This document shows, in pieces, positions 47,053 to 56,969 of a stretch of DNA of 64,000 nucleotides. The DNA is from Bdellovibrionota bacterium. GTDB lineage: Bacteria > Bdellovibrionota_C > UBA2361 > OMII01. The position numbers were made by a program, and so were the translations under genes. The stretch covers positions 1-64,000 of the forward strand of contig JBIJBE010000016.1 in the NCBI GenBank assembly GCA_044345405.1, read 5' to 3'. The notes under the pieces were generated by a model. It was given only the letters and a program-made list of their open reading frames with translations. It had not been told where the DNA came from and did no database searches. The first letter of the stretch is position 1. Each line of letters begins with the position of its first letter.

Positions 47053-47568
47053 ATGGCAAAGAGCAACGAAAAGATCACCATGAAAGGAAATGCCCTTACA
47101 GTTGAGGGGCGATGCATCGAAGAGGGGACACAGGCACCAGCTTTTAAACTCACTGCTCCTGACATGTCGGATGTGACCAACGCAACGTATGCTGGCAAAG
47201 TGCTCGTTCTTGTCTCGATCCCAAGCATCGACACCCCAGTGTGCGCGATGGAGACCAAGAAGTTTAACCAAGAGGCCGCAGCCCTCTCCCAAGATGTTGT
47301 TATCGCGTCTGTAAGTCGTGATCTCCCCTTCGCGCTCAAGCGTTGGTGCGCGGCCGAGGGCGTCGAGCGCGTGGTAACGCTCAGTGACCACAAGCACCGA
47401 GGCTTTGGTAAGGAGTACGGTGTTGAGCTTCCTGACCTTGGGCTCCTCGCCCGCGCTCTCTTTGTTGTTGATAAGAGCGGAAAGGTGGTACACGTAGACT
47501 ATGTCACTGAAATCGCCGAAGAGCCGGATTACGCCGCAGCTCTCTCCGCAATTAAAAAATCTCTCTAG
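47053..47568 (+). CDS. tpx: thiol peroxidase (atypical 2-Cys peroxiredoxin)
   Basis: PSIDTPVC, SRDLPFALKRWC, LLARALFV, EEPDY. Confidence 0.95.
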   Translation: MAKSNEKITMKGNALTVEGRCIEEGTQAPAFKLTAPDMSDVTNATYAGKVLVLVSIPSIDTPVCAMETKKFNQEAAALSQDVVIASVSRDLPFALKRWCAAEGVERVVTLSDHKHRGFGKEYGVELPDLGLLARALFVVDKSGKVVHVDYVTEIAEEPDYAAALSAIKKSL

Positions 47569-48604
47569 TCAGAGGCCCCGTTCCACTCGTTTAAGCTGGA
47601 GGGAGTTAGCCACGCGTGGAGCGACATCGACCGGTGTCGCGCTATGCGTGGTTATTTTTTTTGCGAGTGGTTGCAAAGGAAGGCCGGAAGTTCGAGTGGC
47701 GCCCGTCACCAAATCGCATGTCGAGGCTACGGTATCGAGTGTGAATTCCGGAACCGTTCGCGCGGAAGGCAACACCGAGCTCGCGTTCGGCACCGTTGGT
47801 CGGGTCAAGGAGGTCAACGTCACGCTCGGTGATTCCGTCAAGCAGGGAGAGATCTTAGCCAAGGTCGAAAACGACGATCTGAAATCCCGGCTTCAATCAA
47901 CGCTCGAGGAGTATGAGCGATCGCAACGTTTGAGTAAGAGTGACGCGATGTCGCAAAGCGGAGTGACCCAAGCTCGGGCAAACTATGACGCCGCTGTTAC
48001 CGCGTATGAGAAGAGCCTCATCAAAGCGCCGTACGATGGAATAGTCGCTGAGCTGAACCTCGAGGTTGGAGAGCTCTCTCAGATAACCGCAGTGATTCCG
48101 CAAGCGCCCATTCGAATCGTTGATGTGAAGCCCCGCTACGTTCGGGCTGAGATAGACGAGGTCGATCTACCTAAGGTGAAGGTTGGTCTGCCCGCTCGAG
48201 TAAAGATTCTCGCTATTCGCAAAGAGCCGTTTAAAGCGCGCGTGCGAAAGGTCATCCCATTTGTCAGCAGTATTCGCGAGCAGGATCGAACCTCTGAGAT
48301 AGAGCTCGATATCGACAGTGAAGGGCTTCTTCTTCCCGCTGGAGCATCGGCTGACGTCGAAGTTGTTACGGACACGAAAGATGATGTCCTGACCGTGACA
48401 TCGAGGGCGCTCCTTGGACGGGGAGATGATCGGTACGTGTATGTCCTGAGCGGCGCCAAGCTCAAAAAGACCCCAGTAAAGATCGGAATCTATGGGTACA
48501 CGGTGAGTGAGATAGTCTCAGGGCTTTCTCCATCGGATGAGGTAGTTCTTCCATCGGATAAGTTCGAACTAGCCGATGGATTGCGAGTAGCTGTGGTTAG
48601 GTAG
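47501..48604 (+). CDS. MacA-like periplasmic adaptor subunit (true start probably downstream)
   Basis: GRVKEVNVTLGDSVKQGEIL, IKAPYDGIV, AEIDEVDLPKVKVG, EIVSGL. Confidence 0.88.
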   Translation: MSLKSPKSRITPQLSPQLKNLSSQRPRSTRLSWRELATRGATSTGVALCVVIFFASGCKGRPEVRVAPVTKSHVEATVSSVNSGTVRAEGNTELAFGTVGRVKEVNVTLGDSVKQGEILAKVENDDLKSRLQSTLEEYERSQRLSKSDAMSQSGVTQARANYDAAVTAYEKSLIKAPYDGIVAELNLEVGELSQITAVIPQAPIRIVDVKPRYVRAEIDEVDLPKVKVGLPARVKILAIRKEPFKARVRKVIPFVSSIREQDRTSEIELDIDSEGLLLPAGASADVEVVTDTKDDVLTVTSRALLGRGDDRYVYVLSGAKLKKTPVKIGIYGYTVSEIVSGLSPSDEVVLPSDKFELADGLRVAVVR

Positions 48605-48618
48605 CGGAGGGCGCCACG

Positions 48619-49317
48619 ATGTCCCTCATTACAACCGAGAAACTGAACAAGATATTCACTCGAGGCGATGAGACAATTCAGGCGATTCGCGATCTCGTCC
48701 TTTCGGTAGAGGCTGGGGAGTTCATTTCGATTACCGGGGCATCGGGAAGTGGTAAGTCAACGCTTCTCTATATCTTGGGGCTCCTCGATAAGCCCACTAG
48801 TGGTCGGTACCTGCTTCAAGGTCAACCCGTTGAAAATCTCTCTGATACAGAGTTAGCCGCCCTGCGAAATAAGTTCATGGGGTTCGTATTTCAGAGCTTC
48901 CACCTCTTGCCTCGAGCGAGCGCGTTGCGAAATGTGATGATGCCCCTCGTGTACGCGGCAACCTCTGGAGGTGGCATCAGCGAAGCGGAGCAGCGGGAAC
49001 GAGCCATGACCGCCCTTGATATCGTTGGTCTCAAGGATCGGATGAACCATCGCCCGAATGAACTCTCTGGTGGTCAGCGACAGCGTGTGGCGATCGCCAG
49101 AGCTATCGTTAATAACCCGAAGCTACTCTTCGCCGATGAGCCAACCGGCAACCTCGACTCAAAGAGCGGTAACGATATCCTGACCCTCTTTGAACGACTG
49201 CACGGGCAAGGTGTAACGATCCTTATGGTGACCCACGATCAGGCTATCGCGGCGCGCGCTCACAGGCAGTTGGTGCTGAGGGATGGCGCCTTAGTGGAGG
49301 ATCGTCGTGGGACTTAA
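48619..49317 (+). CDS. ABC transporter ATP-binding protein (MacB/LolD type)
   Basis: GASGSGKST, LSGGQRQRVAIARA, FADEPTGNLDS, VTHD. Confidence 0.95.
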   Translation: MSLITTEKLNKIFTRGDETIQAIRDLVLSVEAGEFISITGASGSGKSTLLYILGLLDKPTSGRYLLQGQPVENLSDTELAALRNKFMGFVFQSFHLLPRASALRNVMMPLVYAATSGGGISEAEQRERAMTALDIVGLKDRMNHRPNELSGGQRQRVAIARAIVNNPKLLFADEPTGNLDSKSGNDILTLFERLHGQGVTILMVTHDQAIAARAHRQLVLRDGALVEDRRGT

Positions 49318-50515
49318 AGAGGTCATTCGGCTCGCGGTTGAATCACTCCTCGCGCAGAAGTTGCGAACAGCCCTGACTATCCTCGGAATGGTGATCGGTG
49401 TCGGAGCGATCGTCTTGCTCGTGTCCCTTGGTCAGGGAGCGAAAAATTATGTGACGAGTGAATTCGAGGGGCTTGGAACGAACCTGATCGTCATTCAGCC
49501 CGGTAAGTCTGACAAGAAGGGGCACATGGGCCCCCCTGTGGGTGCCGCTCAGCGCAAGATGACAACAGCGGATGTCATGGCGATTGAGAAGCGTGCGTTG
49601 AACGTGGAAGCCGTTTCAGGACTCGTACTCGGAACGGTGTCGGTTCGTTTTGAGGACGCGCTCAGTAATATCACCGTTTTCGGTACTAACGAGCAATTTC
49701 CTCACATCCTCTCGGTACCGATCGGCCGTGGGCAGTACTTTACCAGAGAGGAGGACGAGTATGGCCGGCGGGTCGTGGTACTCGGACGCAACGTCGTGAA
49801 TGAGCTTTTTGGCGAGGCGGATCCGATCGGACAAACGGTGAAGCTCAATGAGAGTGAGTATCGGGTTATCGGGGTGCTCCAGCCGATGGGAAATAAGCTC
49901 GGTTTGGACTTCGACGAGCTTGGGTTTATTCCGACGGAGGCGGCGCTCAAGCTCTTTAATGACGACAAGTTGTTTGGCATTCGAGCAAAGGCCTCCTCTC
50001 GTGTGGGTGTTGATGACGCGGTCGCTGAGATCTCTGAGATCTTAAAGGAACGCCGAGATGGAGAGGAGGACTTTACGGTACTCACCCAGGTCTCGATGAT
50101 GGAGAGTATGAACACCATCCTCAACATGTTGACCTACGTTCTGGCCGCCATAGCCGCTATCTCAATGCTCGTAGGTGGTATCGGTATCATGAACATCATG
50201 TGGGTGACGGTCGTGGAGAGAACGCAAGAGATCGGTATTCGTCGAGCCGTGGGTGCTCGGCGGATCGATATCTTAAAGCAACTCTTGGCTGAGGCTGTCG
50301 CGCTCTCTGTTTTGGGAGGCGCCGTTGGTGTGGGAGGCGCCGTAGTTATCACCCTCGGACTCTTCTTCGCGTTCCCATCCTTCGACATGCGGGCCCCGAT
50401 TTGGATCATCATTCCCGCCTTCTTAGTCGCGTTTGTTGTAGGGGTTGTGTTCGGTGTCGTGCCAGCGTGGAGAGCGTCTCGGATTGAGATCCTCGACGCG
50501 CTTCGGTACGAGTAG
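49307..50515 (+). CDS. MacB/FtsX-type ABC permease
   Basis: RTALTILGMVIGV, GGIGIMNIM, ERTQEIGIRRAVGA, ALRYE. Confidence 0.93.
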   Translation: MGLKEVIRLAVESLLAQKLRTALTILGMVIGVGAIVLLVSLGQGAKNYVTSEFEGLGTNLIVIQPGKSDKKGHMGPPVGAAQRKMTTADVMAIEKRALNVEAVSGLVLGTVSVRFEDALSNITVFGTNEQFPHILSVPIGRGQYFTREEDEYGRRVVVLGRNVVNELFGEADPIGQTVKLNESEYRVIGVLQPMGNKLGLDFDELGFIPTEAALKLFNDDKLFGIRAKASSRVGVDDAVAEISEILKERRDGEEDFTVLTQVSMMESMNTILNMLTYVLAAIAAISMLVGGIGIMNIMWVTVVERTQEIGIRRAVGARRIDILKQLLAEAVALSVLGGAVGVGGAVVITLGLFFAFPSFDMRAPIWIIIPAFLVAFVVGVVFGVVPAWRASRIEILDALRYE

Positions 50516-50614
50516 AGTTTGCTTAACTTGATTTGCGCGCTGTTCCGGCGCACCTACCTTTTCGAGCGGTGCGAGTAGGGTGCGGTAAAAGAGTACGGTT
50601 CCACGAGGGCATAT

Positions 50615-50938
50615 ATGAATGAGGCTCTCTCTACAAACGCGCGCTATGTGACGGTAACGGTCGTAGGAACCCTGGTGGTTAGTTTCAGTGGTTGTAGTCC
50701 TTCGTATTCGATCGTGGCGAATCCCACCGAGCCTTGGGAGGATGAAATAGCTCGGGAGCGACAAGCTGTCCGTGAATCGGAATCGAGCTCCTCGCAAGCT
50801 GCGGTTGGTAGACAGAGGTACGACACTGACGGGAATGTTGAAAAAAAACCTGAACACAGCGCTGTTGTGGTAGCACTTACCGATATTATCGCCTTTCCAT
50901 TCCGAGGGGCCGGATGGCTGGCGCAGCAGATATTTTGA
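50615..50938 (+). CDS. small hypothetical lipoprotein-like protein
   Basis: FSGC lipobox-like motif and a C-terminal amphipathic DIIAFPFRGAGWL. Confidence 0.55.
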   Translation: MNEALSTNARYVTVTVVGTLVVSFSGCSPSYSIVANPTEPWEDEIARERQAVRESESSSSQAAVGRQRYDTDGNVEKKPEHSAVVVALTDIIAFPFRGAGWLAQQIF

Positions 50939-51007
50939 GGCCCGTAGCGAGATGACGCACTCTACTACTTGAAGAGTGAAGGTACCGCGGAGAAGAGAAA
51001 CCTGACA

Positions 51008-51048
51008 AAGAGAAAAGAGGGGAGTCCGTTCCCACTCTTTCTATCTTT
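51008..51048. terminator. hairpin between convergent genes
   Basis: Imperfect stem AAAGAGAAAAGAGGGGA..TCCCACTCTTTCTATCTTT. Confidence 0.4.
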
Positions 51049-51676
51049 TTCCACGCCACTGCTGCACAAGCAATCGCGCGTCAACTGAGATCCCGTAGGT
51101 GGCGAGGTACGACAAGAATATGTCGATCTCAGCACCCGTCGCGTGTTCATTTGGAAGATACTTACTGGTCTTCCAAAGGAGCCACGCGGCAAACGGATCC
51201 TTGGCAACTTTCCAGGCGTCTCGCTTGGTGGTGCCAAAGAGCACAATTCCCTCAGCGACCGGGGTCGTGAAGGTCCTAATCTCCTCACAGAAGAACTTCA
51301 ATCGTTCTGAGTCTGTGATGAGGTACGAGACCTCAATAAACCGTCGGTCGTCCGGATACGGAATGGTGAACATTCCGGCCCGAGGAAGGGTGATGAAGGC
51401 TTCCCGTGGATAGACGTGCCATCCAGGGGAGTATACCTTCTCCGTTCCTACGCCGATCTGACCGCCCGGCACCCACCGACCCATGGTCAGCGCGCCGAGT
51501 ACGGTCAAAGCTAAGACAACGCATGTCGCCCACCTCAGAGATCGCTTCCACAAGGAGCGATCTACGTTGTGGTACGCCGCCCTACCCGCTACGAACGCGA
51601 TGTAGATGGCGGCTGCGACAATCGCGGCAAACACGTACGTGTTCACCGCCGGAATATAAGACAGAGTTGAAAACAT
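51041..51676 (-). CDS. hypothetical membrane protein with an SPFH-like N-terminal motif
   Basis: AAGGAGG RBS before ATG 51676. Two TMs, then VPGGQIGV..VYSPGWHV. Confidence 0.6.
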   Translation of the reverse strand: MFSTLSYIPAVNTYVFAAIVAAAIYIAFVAGRAAYHNVDRSLWKRSLRWATCVVLALTVLGALTMGRWVPGGQIGVGTEKVYSPGWHVYPREAFITLPRAGMFTIPYPDDRRFIEVSYLITDSERLKFFCEEIRTFTTPVAEGIVLFGTTKRDAWKVAKDPFAAWLLWKTSKYLPNEHATGAEIDIFLSYLATYGISVDARLLVQQWRGKR

Positions 51677-51940
51677 GAAAAACCTCCTTTCTCTGCGGTA
51701 CCTCCGCGACACCACCTCGTAAGAAGGTGTCGCCGGAGCACAGGAGAGAGGAGCTGAAAGCTTATGGAGCCTCGCATAGGGGAAGCGCCTAAGGAATAGC
51801 GGTCCATGTGCGCTTGGTGAGCGGTATTAGTTGGTATTAGTGAGCTTCTTAGGCTACGAATAACTCGTATGCTGTTGAATTGAATCGAGAATGTGCCTTT
51901 CAATCGGATGCAGAGTGTGCCCCTCTCCGGATAGGGGGAC

Positions 51941-53407
51941 ATGAAGTTCGTGAAGGCTTTATTGGTTGCTCTAGTTCTCTCGCATGGCGCCTATGCCGAG
52001 GGATTTTCGCCTTTCAGAACTACGACCACAAAAAAAGTTTCCAAACGCGCTCGAACGCATACCACATCCGTGGCGCGTGGCTATACCGCCGGTCTCATTC
52101 CAACCATCACATTCACGACGCGCTTGCACACCGAAGGAAACGTTCGGGTGTCACTTAACGTTCAAAAAGCGGTCAACTGGAGCGCCACTATCTCAAAAGA
52201 TGGATATCAGCACATCGATTCGCCTCGCCTCGAGCTCTATCAAGGCGAGGTTTATATTCGCGGTGTTCGGTATCCAGCGGCCGCCTCGGTCGTTGGGAAG
52301 AATATCGTCCTCTCCTTTCCGGGGCGCCAACGTGGGAGCAGGTCTTCTCGACAACGAATCTTTACTCTTACGACTCCTGTTGTAGCGGAGGGAACATCGT
52401 CCGTCAGAGTCGCCAGCTCTCCGTCGTCCGTATTTCACAATAAGACGTGTGGTCACGATCATTCAAATAGCGACGCTCCGGCGCACGCCATGACGATTGA
52501 GCCTTTAAACGGAGGTCTACCTCAAACCAAGATGTACCATGTGCTTACCTTGAGCACCGTCGCGGACCCAGCGTTGTACGCCAAATACGGAGACGCCACC
52601 AATTCTCACGTAGCTGGTATCGTGAACGCCGCTGAGGCGCTCTTTGAGCGCCAACTTGGAATTCGATTTCAGATAGTAAAGCAACATGTCTACGCCGATA
52701 TCGGGGCGCTCTCTATTCCCGAAACTGATCCGGCGCGTTTCCTGAAGGCTTTCGCTTCGAGCACGGAGAACGCCGCAGTCATGGGGCGGAATGTGTCTTC
52801 GTTCGACGATGATGTTGATCTCAAGCACCTCTTCACGGGCAAAGACTTAGACGGTACCACGATTGGGATCGCCTATGTTGGAGCGGTGTGTTACCAGCCG
52901 AAGTTCGCCTATAGTTTGACGCAGGTCACTGCAGGTGGGGGAGCTCCGTACTACTTCGCGCATGAGATAGGACACAATCTCGGCGCGCGTCACGATATGG
53001 TTGGATTCGGCGCCATGAGTGTGATGTCCCCTAATATCTTAGTGGGTTCCTCTTTCTCTCAGAACAGCCTCACGCAGATTAATGAGCACCTCTTTCATTT
53101 TGGAAGTTGTCTTGAGCTCAAAGCGATGGCACCGAGCCTGACGAACTCCAGCATCTCCTTGAGCGCGACCGGAAATCGCGCCGCGGTTAAATTCTCAGGT
53201 AAGCTCATTTCACGAAACGGAGAGTCTATCGTTGGGGCGCCAGTCAAGTTGAGCATCGGAAAAAAGGTCGCCTCTCTTACCACTAACTCGACCGGTCGAT
53301 TCTTCTACGTCACGTCGAGACGCAAGCTCCGAAGGTCGACCGTTGTGGTAGCCGCCACCGCCGGACGCGAGGCGGTTTCGAGGAGTCTCAGGATTTCAAA
53401 CCTCTAG
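51941..53407 (+). CDS. secreted M12/reprolysin-like zinc metallopeptidase
   Basis: Signal peptide ending AYA, a KTCG cysteine switch, HEIGHNLGARHD, and an SVMSP Met-turn. Confidence 0.9.
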   Translation: MKFVKALLVALVLSHGAYAEGFSPFRTTTTKKVSKRARTHTTSVARGYTAGLIPTITFTTRLHTEGNVRVSLNVQKAVNWSATISKDGYQHIDSPRLELYQGEVYIRGVRYPAAASVVGKNIVLSFPGRQRGSRSSRQRIFTLTTPVVAEGTSSVRVASSPSSVFHNKTCGHDHSNSDAPAHAMTIEPLNGGLPQTKMYHVLTLSTVADPALYAKYGDATNSHVAGIVNAAEALFERQLGIRFQIVKQHVYADIGALSIPETDPARFLKAFASSTENAAVMGRNVSSFDDDVDLKHLFTGKDLDGTTIGIAYVGAVCYQPKFAYSLTQVTAGGGAPYYFAHEIGHNLGARHDMVGFGAMSVMSPNILVGSSFSQNSLTQINEHLFHFGSCLELKAMAPSLTNSSISLSATGNRAAVKFSGKLISRNGESIVGAPVKLSIGKKVASLTTNSTGRFFYVTSRRKLRRSTVVVAATAGREAVSRSLRISNL

Positions 53408-53680
53408 GTGCTCGCGCACGATCGGACACGTTACTGCGATAGTTTGTCGGACAGGCTTGCCTGATAAGTCTTAGAAGTGTCAATCAATAATGGGAGTTGC
53501 GGGCAAAAGATGCCGCTCCATTTCTAGTCGGCGTCAGACCCTCAAGTTCTTGTAAGTATGAGTCGACATTGACCTTGCAAGTGGTTTAGCCAGGATTACA
53601 CGAGTTTCTCGCACATACGGGTTTAGCGTATGGCTATACTCGTCTTATCCCCCAAAAACGAACTCTTAGGTATAGGACCT

Positions 53681-55747
53681 ATGAACGGACACACTCTACG
53701 CCAAGCCTTACGTGCGCTGATCGTTGTTTTGTATGCGGGGATGTCATCGCTTCCGGCGGTCGCCCAGAGCTCTCCTGAGGGTTTTGCAGGGGGGAGTAGG
53801 ACGAGTACGACAACATCGTGCGACTCGTGCTGCTCGATATCAAATTTTAATTGCTCAAATTCCGCTGTCAAAATCTACATTAACGATAACCTTGATAGCT
53901 GCTTGGTCTGTACCGATAAACTTGAAGCGCGGGCGCGTGGTTGTGGCATGATTCCATCGGATGAATGTCCGGTGTGCCCGACCCCAGCTACCTGTCCAGC
54001 ATGTCCCAACCCTGGGACCCCGGGCACATGTCCAACGCCCGTTGTATGCGCAAGTGGTACCCAACCAGCGTGTCCTACCCCTGTGGTGTGTACGAATTCC
54101 TGCCCGATCAAAGGGTGCCCTCCTGGTGAGTCTTTATGGAATCCCGATTCGCCGGCGTGTGAGTGTGTGAAGGACCCCTGCACGAAGATCGGTGATCTCA
54201 CGAAGATTGCCATACATCGGTATCACCCCAATTCCGAGCCCAACAGCGATTTCATGGCTTCCTTTGCGGACGGCCAAGGAAAAGAGCTTCTCAACTCGAC
54301 GTCTCTCAACGAAGCTTCTCCTTGTATGGAGAGCGCTCGAAGCACATGCTCCGCTAATCTCGTCGGCTCTCAGTTTGGGTTTTATTCGTATCGTCTTCCA
54401 GACAGGCGCCAAATCGGCATCTCCGCGGCTGATGGCATTGAGTACACGAAAGCCTACAACGAATACGTAGCCAAGGCGAGAGCGGCTGGTAATGACCCGG
54501 CTTCACCGGCCGAATTTGCGGCTGGTTTCCGCAGTGCCATTAAGTACATGGACACCTGCATCAAGTCCTCTTTGCAGATCCGGTACGGTGTCGGAGCGCT
54601 TACGGCGCAAGCGAGGACCGTAATTAATGGCGTGTGGGGTGAACATCTTCAAGGAACTGCACTTCTCTACAAAGATTGTCGTCCTGTTGAGCCATGGAAG
54701 CAGCAGCTGCTGAGTGAAGCTAAGTGTTCCGTCGCGATATCAGCGAGCTTCAACGAGTTCACGACCCCTGTTTCTCTCCTATGGTCGTCTGATGTGAAGA
54801 TTCGAGAGGTCGCGTCTCGCTCCAAGTTCCCGCTTAATCCGAAGGACGCGGGCAAGTGGTTCGTGTGGCGGGGGTCAGGGCTTACCCCTCTCGTCGTATG
54901 GGATCCGGATAAGAGCGGTATGATTCTGGGCGCCGCACAGCTCTTTGGCACACACACGTGGGGGAAGGAGTGGAAGCACGGCTATGAGCCTCTTACTACC
55001 CTGGATAAAAACGCTAACGGGTGGCTTGAGGGAGATGAGCTTAAAGATCTCTCGCTCTGGTTCGACTTCAATCAGGACGGTATCTCAGATAGAGGCGAGG
55101 TTAAGCAACTTTCCGATGTCGGTGTCACAGCGCTCGGTGTGAAGGTCACCGCCACCGATAAGAAGAGCGGAGAGGTTCACGCCGCGCAAGGTTTCCGTCG
55201 TACCGTAAACGGAACTGTCGTCGAAGGAGCCTCAGTTGACTGGTTCAGCGGTACCGAAGATGGTCGTTTCGGTATGGAAGCGTTGGAAGAAAGCCCTGTC
55301 GAGATGGCTAAAAATATCGACCAAGCGACCATGTCCACGGCGTTTGATCCGCTCGACGCGGTAAGCGGGCTGTGGGATTGGCGAGTTGTTGATCAGGCGT
55401 CCGGGGAGCTTCCCGAAAACATGCCGCACGGCACGTTGGTCCTCTATTCGACCAACAAAAAGATCGAGGGCACTGTGTACGTGATGGACCAGTTCGCCCC
55501 TAATCGAAGTGGAATAGGCGAGCGTGTCTCGTATCAGTCTATCTCTGGCGCAGCTGAAGCCGGAGCCAAAGGACAGCCTCGCGTAACCTTCTCCTCTCAG
55601 AATCAAGCTGGCGGCTCAGTAGAGAGCGTCGCCCAGCTTTCAGAGGATGGTATGTACCTGGCCGGCATTACCACTGAACAGCAGGAGCGCGGGAAAGCTC
55701 CTGTGAAGTACGCGTGGGTCGCTCGGCGCGCTCCGATCGGAAAGTAG
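53681..55747 (+). CDS. secreted protein with Cys/Pro-rich repeats and EF-hand-like Ca-binding motifs
   Basis: Signal peptide ending AVA-Q, CPTP repeats, LDKNANGWLEGDEL, FDFNQDGISDRGEV. Confidence 0.75.
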   Translation: MNGHTLRQALRALIVVLYAGMSSLPAVAQSSPEGFAGGSRTSTTTSCDSCCSISNFNCSNSAVKIYINDNLDSCLVCTDKLEARARGCGMIPSDECPVCPTPATCPACPNPGTPGTCPTPVVCASGTQPACPTPVVCTNSCPIKGCPPGESLWNPDSPACECVKDPCTKIGDLTKIAIHRYHPNSEPNSDFMASFADGQGKELLNSTSLNEASPCMESARSTCSANLVGSQFGFYSYRLPDRRQIGISAADGIEYTKAYNEYVAKARAAGNDPASPAEFAAGFRSAIKYMDTCIKSSLQIRYGVGALTAQARTVINGVWGEHLQGTALLYKDCRPVEPWKQQLLSEAKCSVAISASFNEFTTPVSLLWSSDVKIREVASRSKFPLNPKDAGKWFVWRGSGLTPLVVWDPDKSGMILGAAQLFGTHTWGKEWKHGYEPLTTLDKNANGWLEGDELKDLSLWFDFNQDGISDRGEVKQLSDVGVTALGVKVTATDKKSGEVHAAQGFRRTVNGTVVEGASVDWFSGTEDGRFGMEALEESPVEMAKNIDQATMSTAFDPLDAVSGLWDWRVVDQASGELPENMPHGTLVLYSTNKKIEGTVYVMDQFAPNRSGIGERVSYQSISGAAEAGAKGQPRVTFSSQNQAGGSVESVAQLSEDGMYLAGITTEQQERGKAPVKYAWVARRAPIGK

Positions 55748-55768
55748 CGCTTGCGTCCGCGGGTGAAG

Positions 55769-55794
55769 GAGAGGCATCCTCAGTAATGCCTCTC
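55769..55794 (+). terminator. stem-loop after the secreted-protein gene
   Basis: GAGAGGCAT-N8-ATGCCTCTC, a perfect 9-bp stem with a weak U-tract. Confidence 0.5.
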
Positions 55795-55823
55795 TATCGT
55801 TCGTAGATGTTACAGGGTTACTC

Positions 55824-56969
55824 GTGATGACATCCCGTTCCGCCGCTCTCCATCACCTTTCGAATTTTTTAGAGCGAGTACCTCACTATGCCTCTCAACG
55901 GAACTTCGATAGACCGGGCCACGCCGAGGTTTCCTGCCTATCCAAATGGATTCGCTATCGGGTTATCACTGAAGAGGAGTGCGTCGCCGCCGTGTTCGCG
56001 CGCCATCCGTTTGAGGTAGCTGAGAAGTTCGTACAGGAGGTCCTGTGGCGTACCTATTGGAAAGGGTGGCTCGAGCTTCGTCCTCAGGTATGGAGATCCT
56101 TTCGCGCTGGTGTAGAGCGTTTCAACGACGAGGGGTTTCCTGAGGGATATCTCCAGGCGATTGAGGGGAGAACCGGACTTTCATTCTTTGATGAGTGGGT
56201 CCAAGAGCTCCGCCTTACTGGCTATCTTCACAACCATACCAGGATGTGGTTCGCGAGTGTGTGGATCTTTACGCTGCGGTTGCCATGGCAACTTGGGGCG
56301 GATTTTATGTATCGCCATCTCCTTGATGGAGATCCCGCCTCGAACACCTTGTCGTGGCGGTGGGTCGGGGGGCTCCAAACCCCGGGTAAGATCTACGTCG
56401 CGAGACCTGATAACATCGAGAAGTATTCAGAAGGCCGATGGCGTCCCAAGGAGTCCGAGCTCAATCTGAATCCCACCCCCCTGCGTATGGATGACATCGG
56501 AGCCATCGTACCCCTGGAGCCTCTCTCTGCCGACCTGCCCCGCCCGGGAGACTCTGTGCTTGTCCATGACGACGATCTGTCAGTGGATCTGTCCCAGGAG
56601 TTTTCATCAACTGGGCTTGCTTTTCTGATGTGGACACCGATTTGTGGCGAGGGTTCCCCTTTGGTTCTCAGCCATCAAGAGGGTCTGCGGCGTGATGCGG
56701 TCGAAAGGATGGGAGCAGCGTATGTGAATGACGCCGAAGCGATTATTCAGGAAATGAAGCGAGGTCCTTCGAGGCGATTGCATGTGATGCTTCCCCCATG
56801 CGGTGAAGTTCGTTCGGATTTCGACCGTCTCGCTGAGGTTTTGTCATCTCACGGTGTTGAGGTGCTGCTCCACCGTCGAAGATGGGACTCGCTCTACTTC
56901 CCGTTTGCCAAATCCGGCTTCTTCCCCTTTTGGTCAGCCGTTAAGCGGCGTCTTGAGCGCGAGTCGTAA
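55824..56969 (+). CDS. DNA photolyase with an N-terminal FAD-binding domain (NewPHL-like inverted order)
   Basis: VSCLSKWIR, KFVQEVLWRTYWKG, GYLHNHTRMWFAS, LLDGDPASNTLSWRW in the first 200 aa, followed by a C-terminal alpha/beta domain. Confidence 0.85.
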   Translation: MMTSRSAALHHLSNFLERVPHYASQRNFDRPGHAEVSCLSKWIRYRVITEEECVAAVFARHPFEVAEKFVQEVLWRTYWKGWLELRPQVWRSFRAGVERFNDEGFPEGYLQAIEGRTGLSFFDEWVQELRLTGYLHNHTRMWFASVWIFTLRLPWQLGADFMYRHLLDGDPASNTLSWRWVGGLQTPGKIYVARPDNIEKYSEGRWRPKESELNLNPTPLRMDDIGAIVPLEPLSADLPRPGDSVLVHDDDLSVDLSQEFSSTGLAFLMWTPICGEGSPLVLSHQEGLRRDAVERMGAAYVNDAEAIIQEMKRGPSRRLHVMLPPCGEVRSDFDRLAEVLSSHGVEVLLHRRRWDSLYFPFAKSGFFPFWSAVKRRLERES

